A model generated the notes under the pieces. The model was not told where the DNA came from. It made no database searches and saw only the letters and a program-made list of their open reading frames with translations. Shown piece after piece: positions 49,202 through 59,519 of a stretch of 64,000 nucleotides of DNA. Position 1 is the first letter of the stretch. Every line of letters begins with the position of its first letter. Source of the DNA: Ostrea edulis (Eukaryota); contig NC_079164.1 in assembly GCF_947568905.1 (NCBI RefSeq), forward strand, positions 92,318,001-92,382,000, written 5' to 3'. Position numbers and translations under genes: made by a program.

Positions 49202-52200
49202 TCAATGATGAAGATATTAAGCGAGTCTTTGAATTTCGCGGGAGAATATCATGAAAATTGATTATTTATATATAATTAGCACCTTACAATTAATGATTTA
49301 TTATAATTCGCTACATGGATACATATTTCTAATGTATGGTAATACGAAATTGTCCAAGAAGAAACGATATGTAGACCTTCAACTGAAGGCTAAGAATACA
49401 GACAAGGGCAGTTCGAAATGGAGGATATATTAAATACCGATAGTTAGTCCGCTACCTCACTGTCCCATATATATACATGTACGTATAACGAGTTACATTA
49501 CACGGTGTTATGTATATACAAACAGGACCGACTACATGTAGACTAGTACTGATGCGTTGTATGTGGTACGATGTGTACGATATGACGACAGTGTTTTGTA
49601 CGTGATTTACACGTTGACGAACTAGGAAACTTGGCAAGGTTTTACTGATGGCAGTGTTTTCAGGTTCTCTAATTCTACAATGATTATATAAAATCACTGT
49701 AAAGATTTTATGTATTCCTTAGTATTGTAGACACCGTGTGATAAGTTACTGCGTGGTGGGGTACAATAATCGCACAAAAGTAGCACCCGAAACATGCATG
49801 TCATTTCATAAAATGTTTTCTTTTGTCCTTTGATAATTTTCAATATCAAAAAGTTAGGTCTAAGGTCTAAACTAAATATTTTTTATAATACTGACTGATG
49901 CTGATTAATGCTAATTAAAAGTTCTTGATATCTATCTGTTTTGTTAGTGTACTAATTACTTTTTATATATATATATTCTTTTGTATTCATATGTAAATTT
50001 CTCTCCTAGATAATCAATCACGTGGTAGCAGCGCCTATCGATAAATTGATCACTAACGCCGCAGTAGAGAGTGAGTAATAATTTTGGACTTATCAATATT
50101 TATGGTTGAAAGTGGAAAAACTGTGTTAATTTCCACTCAATATAGTTAAGGTTAATTAATAACCAAAGAAAATGTGTATGTTGCCACCTTTTTAAAGATG
50201 CCAGATATACAAAAACAGAAGTATATGTTAACATCAGAAAATCACACATTTTCGTTATACGAAAGATTTAAAATAGATAAAAACTTGTTGAAATGACAAA
50301 TTTTAAATGTCAACAGTGTATAAAAACCTACTAATTCATAAATATGTATAAATTAAATTGTGGATATTAGGGAATTCATTATCTCATAGACATGCATTAG
50401 AAGAAATACCAGCATAGGAGTTTTTGCCTTGACAACATTTTTTGAATTATAAATAATTGATTATCTATGGAAAATAGTTAACTTTTTTTATTCAGTAAAT
50501 AAAATTCCTTTCAAAGATATATTTCTATCATGCACAAAGTTTAATTTAATAAAGATTTTTGCAAAAACATATGACATCACAGAAGGATCGATCAACCTTA
50601 AGCCAGTTTCCGTTGATGCATGGGTTTTTTGGTTTTTTTTCAATCATCAATGAACAACAAACGCATATAAATCTCGCAAATTGACATAACTGCTTTTGTT
50701 TCAGCGACTTCATTTGACATCGTTGCAAATGTCAGCACTAAAACCCTCCGTCTGGAGCTGGACATATTGATAAATCTTGACGACTATGTGGAAACACAAA
50801 GAGAACTGTGAGTATAGATAGAGGGGGCGGGGGCGGGGGCATCGATCATATTAATAAAGTAAATCTCAGAAGAATTCGTTCATTCCAGCCATATCAAGAA
50901 TAGTCATTTATATCAATGTAATATGTTAAAGAGAAGGAAAAAAACTTCTAGAAGCAAGGGTCCCTTGGGCCACAGTGCTCACCTGAACCAGTTGTTCAAA
51001 CAGGGATAAAACTAGGATCTTTCATTCTTATTTATATACTTTCTATTAAGATACTTTCATATTAGTTAGACTAACTGTAATCTTGTGGTTTTTTGAAAGA
51101 TAATTCTTTAGTATTGCTAAACAAGATACCATGTCCCTGTTAAATAGTAGTGCTACACAAGATACCATGCCTCTGTTAAATAGTGCTACACAAGATACCA
51201 TGCCCCTGTTAAATAGTGCTGCACAAGATATCATGCCTCTGTTAAATAGTAGTGCTACACAAGATACCATGCCTCTGTTAAATAGTGCTACACAAGATAC
51301 CATGCCCCTGTTAAATAGTGCTGCACAAGATATCATGCCTCTGTTAAATAGTAGTGCTACACAAGATACCATGCCTCTGTTAAATAGTGCTACACAAGAT
51401 ACCATGCCCCTGTTAAATAGTAGTGTTACACAAGATACCATGCCTCTGTTAAATAGTGCTACACAAGATACCATGCCTCTGTTAAATAGTGCTGCACAAG
51501 ATATCATGCCTCTGTTAAATAGTAGTGCTACACAAGATACCATGCCTCTGTTAAATAGTGCTACACAAGATACCATGCCCCTGTTAAATAGTAGTGTTAC
51601 ACAAGATACCATGCCTCTGTTAAATAGTGCTACACAAGATACCATGCCTCTGTTAAATAGTGCTGCACAAGATATCATGCCTCTGTTAAATAGTAGTGCT
51701 ACACAAGATACCATGCCCCTGTTAAATAGTAGTGCTAAACAAGATACCATGCCTCTGTTAAATAGTGCTACACAAGATACCATGCCTCTGTTAAATAGTG
51801 CTACACAAGATACCATGCCCCTGTGAATTAAATAGTAGTGCTACACAAGATACCATGCCTCTGTTAAATAGTAGTGCTACACAAGATACCATGCCTCTGT
51901 TAAATAGTGCTACACAAGATACCATGCCTCTGTTAAATAGTAGTGTTACACAAGATACCATGCCTCTGTTAAATAGTGCTGCACAAGATACCATGCCCCT
52001 GTTAAATAGTAGTGTTACACAAGATATCATGCCTCTGTTAAATAGTGCTACACAAGATATCATGCCTCTGTTAAATAGTAGTGCTACACAAGATACCATG
52101 CCTCTGTTAAATAGTAGTGTTACACAAGATATCATGCCCCTGTTAAATAGTGCTACACAAGATATCATGCCTCTGTTAAATAGTGCTACACACGATACCA

Positions 52201-55200
52201 TGTCTCTGTTAAATAGTGCTACACAAGATATCATGCCTCTGTTAAATAGTGCTGCACAAGATATCATGCCTCTGTTAAATAGTAGTGCTACACAAGATAC
52301 CATGCCTCTGTTAAATAGTGCTACACAAGATACCATGCCCCTGTTAAATAGTAGTGTTACACAAGATACCATGCCTCTGTTAAATAGTGCTACACAAGAT
52401 ACCATGCCTCTGTTAAATAGTGCTGCACAAGATATCATGCCTCTGTTAAATAGTAGTGCTACACAAGATACCATGCCCCTGTTAAATAGTAGTGCTAAAC
52501 AAGATACCATGCCTCTGTTAAATAGTGCTACACAAGATACCATGCCTCTGTTAAATAGTGCTACACAAGATACCATGCCCCTGTGAATTAAATAGTAGTG
52601 CTACACAAGATACCATGCCTCTGTTAAATAGTAGTGCTACACAAGATACCATGCCTCTGTTAAATAGTGCTACACAAGATACCATGCCTCTGTTAAATAG
52701 TAGTGTTACACAAGATACCATGCCTCTGTTAAATAGTGCTGCACAAGATACCATGCCCCTGTTAAATAGTAGTGTTACACAAGATATCATGCCTCTGTTA
52801 AATAGTGCTACACAAGATATCATGCCTCTGTTAAATAGTAGTGCTACACAAGATACCATGCCTCTGTTAAATAGTAGTGTTACACAAGATATCATGCCCC
52901 TGTTAAATAGTGCTACACAAGATATCATGCCTCTGTTAAATAGTGCTACACACGATACCATGTCTCTGTTAAATAGTGCTACACAAGATATCATGCCTCT
53001 GTTAAATAGTGCTACACAAGATATCATGCCTCTGTTAAATAGTAGTGCTACACAAGATACCATGCCTCTGTTAAATAGTAGTGTTACACAAGATATCATG
53101 CCCCTGTTAAATAGTGCTACACAAGATACCATGCCTCTGTTAAATAGTGCTACACACGATACCATGTCTCTGTTAAATAGTGCTACACAAGATATCATGC
53201 CTCTGTTAAATAGTGCTACACAAGATATCATGCCTCTGTTAAATAGTGCTACACAAGATACCATGCCTCTGTTAAATAGTGCTACACAAGATATCATGCC
53301 TCTGTTAAATAGTAGTGTTACACAAGATGCCATGCCCCTGTTAAATAGTGCTACACACGATACCATGTCTCTGTTAAATAGTGCTACACAATATACCATG
53401 CTTCTGTTAAATAGTGCTACACAAGATATCATGCCTCTGTTAAATAGTGCTACACAAGATATCATGCCTCTGTTAAATAGTAGTGCTACACAAGATATCA
53501 TGCCTCTGTTAAATAGTAGTGTTACACAAGATATCATGCCCCTGTTAAATAGTGCTACACAAGATACCATGCCTCTGTTAAATAGTGCTACACACGATAC
53601 CATGCCTCTGTTAAATAGTGTTACACAAGATACCATGCCCCTGTTGTGGCCCCGCTCTATCCACTGAGGGACGTAGTTTACGCAAACCTGACACTACAGT
53701 GCATGACGATGCGAACATGTTACATAATTAATTGTGGGTTTTTTTCAGTACTTTAGAAGGCCGTATAAGGAAGAAAAGGAAGGCGACTAGAAACAAGAGA
53801 AAACGCTGGCCAAACAGAGAGGTCCCATACATCGTTACAAATGATTTCAGTACGTAAAAAATCATAACCCGGATCATTTCGTTTGTCCATAATGTCTTTG
53901 GCTGTTGTTTTTCCATGAATTTTTACAGAGATAAGTTAGTCAAGAAGGTTTCATATTAGAAGTCGTTCATAGTCAGGATGATGATATTTGCTTTGCTTTT
54001 GTTGTTGTAAAAAAGTTGTACCCACCCCCGAAAGAGGTACTCACTTTTACAATTATAAGAAATCGGGGGGGGGGGGGGGGGGTAGTACGCGTAAAACGTT
54101 GCAGTACTATACAAACCTTGATTTATATCCAATTATGCGAAATTCCTTATTTAAATTCGAAAATCTTAATATCAATTTGCAAAAATTTTGATTTATATTC
54201 GTTAATCTTGATATTTATAATTATATGCGAAAATGAATATAAATATAAATCAAAATTTTTGCACATAGATATCAAGATTATCGAATATAAATCAAAATAT
54301 TTGCATATAGATATCAAGATTATTGTATATACATCAAAAATTTTAAAGATTATTGAATATATATATCGAAATTTTCGCATAAAAATATTAAGATTATCGA
54401 ATATTACTCAAGATTTTCGCATATGAATAACTAGATTATCGAATATAAATCAAGATTTGTATAATATTTCAACGTTTTAGCCTTAGCTTTCTAACATAAT
54501 AGGATGTATATTTTTAAAAACTAATGGTTGCATCATCATGAAAATAGGTGTATATTTTCAAAAGGTTTACATCACACGAAAAGCATCAAGTATTTATTTT
54601 CAAAATATTCAGCACACCTTTGTTTCCTAATATACGTCAAGAAAACTGTAAAATCTCAACCCAATTATTAGTATTTTCCCTGAACCAGTAGTACATTTAT
54701 TGATATAAGTAAACATTTCTTTTGACTTGATTTGTTCATTTATTAATTTGATGTACACGTTGATATTGAATGCTACATTCCAGTTTAAACAAATACCGTG
54801 GTAAACAATTAAGAGCGAACAAAAAAATAAATGAATAAAAAAAATCGCTAAAAATTAATGCTGATTTTGTTGCCTTTCTCCAGGTTCTGGGGACAGGGTT
54901 CAGATTAAAGCTGCCGTGAATGAATGGAGTAAGTACACGTGTCTAAACATCAGGGAGGCCACATACAGGGACGCCAACAAAGTTCGATTCCAAAACGGAA
55001 ACGGGTAAGGCGATGTATGGGTGTAGGTTTGACGTGTTCGGTGGAGAATCTTCCTCGGTAATGTGATAGATGGGTGTAGGTATGGCGTGTTCGATGGATA
55101 ATCTTCCTCGGTAATGTGATAGATGGGTGTAGGTATGTCGTGTTCGGTGGAGAATCTTCCTCGGTAATGTGATAGATGGGTGTAGGTATGACGTGTTTTG

Positions 55201-58200
55201 TGGAGAATCTTCCTCGGTAATGTGATAGATAGAGTAGGTATGAAGTGTTCAGTGGAGAATCTTCCTCGGTAATGTGATAGATGGGTGTAAGTATGACGTG
55301 GAGAATCGTCCTCGGTAATGTGATAGATGGGTGTAAGTATGACGTGGAGAATCTTCCTCGGTAATGTGATAGATGGGTGTAGGTATGTCGTGTTCGGTGG
55401 AGAATCTTCCTCGGTAATGTGATAGATGGGTGTAGGTATGTCGTGTTCGGTGGAGAATCTTCCTCGGTAATGTGATAGATGGGTGTAGGTATGTCGTGTT
55501 CGGTGGAGAATCTTCCTCGGTAATGTGATAGATGGGTGTAGGTATGTCGTGTTCGGTGGAGAATCTTCCTCGGTAATGTGATAGATGGGTGTAGGTATGA
55601 CGTGTTTTGTGGAGAATCTTCCCCGGTAATGTGATAGATGGGTGTAGGTATGAAGTGTTCAGTGGAGAATCTTTCTCGGCAATGAGGGATTTGTTCTTCA
55701 CCTGCAGTAAAATGAAGTCGATGTGATGACCGTGAATAGGGTTCAGCACATGACAATTCTGACTTTACATTGTAGGTGCTCATCTTATATCGGTATGGTC
55801 AAAGGAGAACAAGAGTTAAATCTGGGGAAGAACTGTCGAGTGGTAAGTTATCGATTGTTGAGAAAATTACACAGTTTTTAAGATGTAACTTTAATAATGA
55901 AATGATATTTTTATATGTTTTGTAATAGTATTTGATGTACGCAAATACACCTTTCTACACCTTCATCAGTGCAACCATCTGCAGACAACAGCGATAAAAA
56001 CTTAGATAAAAATAAAACAAAATAAATACCACGAACATCAATTTCTTGTAGTTTTGAATTGTTTGGTCCTGTTATTAACCTATTGAAAAACAGAGTTTCT
56101 TTTTTTTTTTTTTAAAGAAAAGAGTTATAGTGCATGAACTCGGGCACGCCATCGGATTCCAACATGAGCAGTCTCGACCGGATAGGGACGCATTTGTAGA
56201 AATCGTCAAGGAAAACGTACCATCAGCACTGGCGTATAACTTTGATAGGCTCCCGGAAAGCAAGATTGAACATTTCAATGTGGATTACGATTATCGGAGC
56301 ATTATGCACTATAGCTCAAAGGTGTGTTGAAATTTAATAGGGGTATGGACTGAAATGAGATGTTTCACATGCATGATTTGAACTACACTGTATTTTTCTC
56401 TTATTTTTCTTTTAAAAACTTAGATATATTATGCCTCATCTCTGATTATGAACGCATTCCTACAAGCAGATCTGTTGTATTTAATTTATCCGTTTGGATT
56501 TCTAATGCCAGGCTTTTTCTACAAGCAGATCTGTTGTATTTAATTTATCCGTTTGGATTTCTAATGCCAGGCTTTTTCTACAAGCAGATCTGTTGTATTT
56601 AATTTATCCGTTTGGATTTCTAATGCTAGGCTTTTTCTACAAGCAGATCTGTTGTATTTAATTTATCCGTTTGGATTTCTAATGCCAAGCTTTTTCTACA
56701 AGCAGATCTGTTGTATTTAATTTATCCGTTTGGATTTCTAATGCCAGGCTTTTTCTACAAGCAGATCTGTTGTATTTAATTTATCCGTTTGGATTTCTAA
56801 TGCTAGGCTTTTTCTACAAGCAGATCTGTTGTATTTAATTTATCCGTTTGGATTTCTAATGCCAGGCTTTTTCTACAAGCAGATCTGTTGTATTTAATTT
56901 ATCCGTTTGGATTTCTAATGCCAAGCTTTTTCTACAAGCAGATCTGTTGTATTTAATTTATCCGTTTGGACTTCTAATGCCAGGCTTTTTCTACAAGCAG
57001 ATCTGTTGTATTTAATTTATCCGTTTGGATTTCTAATGCTAGGCTTTTTCTACAAGCAGATCTGTTGTATTTAATTTATCCGTTTGGATTTCTAATGCCA
57101 GGCTTTTTCTACAAGCAGATCTGTTGTATTTAATTTATCCGTTTGGATTTCTAATGCCAAGCTTTTTCTACAAGCAGATCTGTTGTATTTAATTTATCCG
57201 TTTGGATTTCTAATGCCAGGCTTTTTCTACAAGCAGATCTGTTGTATTTAATTTATCCGTTTGGATTTCTAATGTCAGGCTTTTTCTACAAGCAGATCTG
57301 TTGTGTTTAATTTATCCGTTTGGATTTCTAATGTCAGGCTTTTTCTACAAGCGGATCTGTTGTGTTTAATTTATCCGTTTGGATTTCTAATGCCAGGCTT
57401 TTTCTACAAATGGAATGATAACTGTGAGGACGAAGGATCCACAGTATCAGAACGTCATTGGGAACGCTCTTGGTCTCAGCTTCCGGGATATCAAACTGGC
57501 TAACCGGATGTACAGCTGTAACGGTAAAGCAAACGGAAACAGTTTATAAAATAGATCTAACTAGCCAACATTGCTACATCGCCCTTTTAACGACATTAAC
57601 AAGTTTTTAAATGTTTCAAATATTTTTCATTGTAACGATGTCGATAAGAATGTGAATTTCTGGATTTGGTTATATTTGGAAGCTACAGAACTGTAGTTCT
57701 ATAGGGAAAAACTTATCTGTTCCAAAAAGAAGAGAGAAGCCCATTATTTTCTTTGAAAGCTATGATTCTGCAACTGATTTGTCGACTGTCAATCTTAAGT
57801 ACAGAGGATAAACAGTTCTACACTCTATATTCTACAGAAAACTGTTCAGCGGTCAAGTGTCCTGGGCAAGGTTTCCAAGCTCAGGACTGTCAGTGTTACT
57901 GTCCATCTGATGACACGGCAAACCCACTGAGGGTGTGTGACGAAAGCGATGTCGTCACCGACAAACCAACCGTAACCTCAACACACCGGACCACCCCAGC
58001 AACGGAAACGCCCGTGTCAGGTGAATTTGTCAACGAACCAAACTTTCCTTGATACAACTTTTATCAATTCACGGTTTAAACATCTTATAAATCGTTTATC
58101 AAAACTTCACAGGCAAAATAATGAGAACATGTTGCCAGTGAAAAGATCTCTGTACATAAATGTATGTAATAAAATTACTGAAAAATACAATTGAATTTCT

Positions 58201-58791
58201 TTTACAATACAGAAAGCTGTCAAAACGGACACAACTACTGTGATTTCTGGTCCAAGAGGGGACACTGCGATTCCTCTCCCGGATTCATGAATCTCTATTG
58301 TAAAAAGGCCTGTGGAAGATGCACAGCAGGTAAATGAAGAAAGACATGTGCTCAACATACTTTTTCGATAGGGTATAAAATTTGATGTAGATAGTTCATG
58401 TAAATTTTGACTTTTGTGCTTATGACAGAGACTGATGTTTGTGAGGATGTGGGGCAACACTGCTCTTTCTGGAAGGATCAGGGCTACTGTTCCATGAACA
58501 CGATGCCCTACATGCAGAGGAACTGTCGCAAAACCTGTGAATTCTGTAAATCCGATGAAGGTGTGTATTGCCTTTTTTCATTGAAAAGTAAATTCTAATT
58601 TTTCGAATTTTTTTTTAAATTTTCATTTATTGGGTTTTTCCCCCAGTATCTATGAAAATAACTTTATATTGATTTCAGGTAACGGCGAGGGGATTGCAGA
58701 ACCTTCGAATTCAGCCAGTGATAACACGGCAAAAGCTGTCTTTATTGTAATGTTGAGTGTAGTGAAGTTATTCCTTACTGGGATTTTCTAA
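47829..58791 (+). CDS. Astacin (M12A) zinc metalloprotease with EGF-like/Cys segment, Thr-rich linker, 2 ShKT domains and hydrophobic (GPI-like) tail, ~456 aa
   Basis: Exons 47829-47870, 50010-50070, 50705-50807, 53749-53849, 54884-55004, 55776-55842, 56118-56321, 57397-57523, 57838-58020, 58213-58329, 58429-58560, 58679-58791; all phases fit. Signal [21 protein letters not shown], prodomain ELDIL, furin-type RKKR, W...[20 protein letters not shown] Met-turn, two 6-Cys ShKT exons. Exons 1-3 are less certain than the rest. Confidence 0.9.
48012..48284 (-). mobile_element. 5'-truncated SINE with Meta and Deu-like domains (BivaMD-like)
   Basis: Minus strand CCCCCTTGCTTGTCGTAAGAGGCGACTAAA (Meta, from memory), then AAACCGAGGTCCCGTG...TAAAGATCCC (Deu) and an (AATC)n tail; in astacin intron 1. 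Confidence 0.75.
49017..49117. mobile_element. ~101-bp TA-flanked mini-MITE beside a (TA)n run
   Basis: GGTAAAAAATAAAAATGAATCACGAAGACGTT / AACGTCTTCGTGTTTCATTTTTATTTTTTACC inverted arms. Confidence 0.7.
50952..53740 (-). mobile_element. Reverse-oriented Helentron remnant hosting a 2.5-kb minisatellite
   Basis: 50952-50995 is the reverse complement of a HINE 3' end (GGGCCACAGTGCTCACCTG). 53636-53725 resembles reverse-complement Cg170-like sequence (CCCCTGTTGTGGCCCC versus the unit at ~25850). Confidence 0.5.
51117..53642. repeat. 33/36-bp minisatellite (ACACAAGATACCATGCCTCTGTTAAATAG[TAG]TGCT) in astacin intron 3
   Basis: About 73 units; source of six long repetitive ORFs; contains a 760-bp-offset block duplication. 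Confidence 0.95.
54086..54479. mobile_element. Foldback MITE with ~37-bp TIRs and AT-rich internal repeats
   Basis: TAAAACGTTGCAGTACTATACAAACCTTGATTTATAT / ATATAAATCAAGATTTGTATAATATTTCAACGTTTTA. Confidence 0.75.
55005..55685. repeat. 53-bp minisatellite starting at the astacin exon 5 donor
   Basis: About 13 units of GGTAATGTGATAGATGGGTGTAGGTATGTCGTGTTCGGTGGAGAATCTTCCTC. Confidence 0.95.
56460..57408. repeat. 59-bp minisatellite, 16 units, containing the astacin exon 8 acceptor junction
   Basis: Unit AAGCAGATCTGTTGTATTTAATTTATCCGTTTGGATTTCTAATGCCAG|GCTTTTTCTAC; the last AG (57395-57396) is the real acceptor. Confidence 0.95.
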
Positions 58792-59519
58792 TTGCAAATG
58801 AAGAATTTCAAAGACCTACCATTGAAGTATTTATTCTAAATTCATCTACGCGACAGAGTGCTTCAGTTGGAAGTGATACAACAAATCAGATATGGAATAC
58901 GAAGGTCTTCTATTGCGACATCTGAATAATACTGGCCATGTTTCGCAAGTTGATGCTAGTGCACGTGACCGACCAAGTTGCTGATATGTTGACACAATAT
59001 GATACCTCCTAAAACCTCTTAGCAAATGCGCCTTTGCAGGACGAAAATATGAGAAATTACATGCATTCTTGGAGTCTATCAATGATGATCCCCGGTGAGA
59101 TATTCATGGCATACGAATAGACAAATTGTACATTCTGTTTTAATGGATGGTGCAGCTCATCAGCGCGAAGCTACATATACTTTCAATCCCGCCCAAGGTA
59201 GCATACTGTGATATCACACATTGATTGTTTGAATTTATTTTCCTATCACTAAAATAAATTACAGAATTTACTCTCGGGTTGTTTACTGTTAAATTTGTAT
59301 AGGATCTGCATGTATTTGTAGATTTTTTATTTCCGAAAGCAAATACCATCGAAAAATGTGGTTGGTTTTTTCCCCGCTGTTTTATTAGCTTTCATAAATC
59401 TTTTTTAACAAAAACTTAACAATGAATTCACATAGTTCCGATAATGTCACTATCACAACACATGTGTATTCCTCTCATCGCTCCTCTCATCGCTCCCATC
59501 CTCTTCTGGATTGTCTTTT

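Noticed and set aside
49251-49350. Alternative signal-peptide exon for astacin (MKIDYLYII...)
   Set aside because: The available donors are phase 1 or 2 and do not join the phase-0 exon at 50010; 47829-47870 fits better.
51046-53667. Six long repetitive ORFs ([11 protein letters not shown] / [11 protein letters not shown])
   Set aside because: Intronic 33/36-bp minisatellite inside the astacin gene; open frames on both strands are expected for such units.
26665-57408. CRISPR-like appearance of regular repeat arrays
   Set aside because: Units are directly adjacent with no unique spacers, there are no cas genes and the context is eukaryotic.
58107-58460. Minus-strand 117-aa ORF
   Set aside because: It is the antisense shadow of ShKT exons 10-11.
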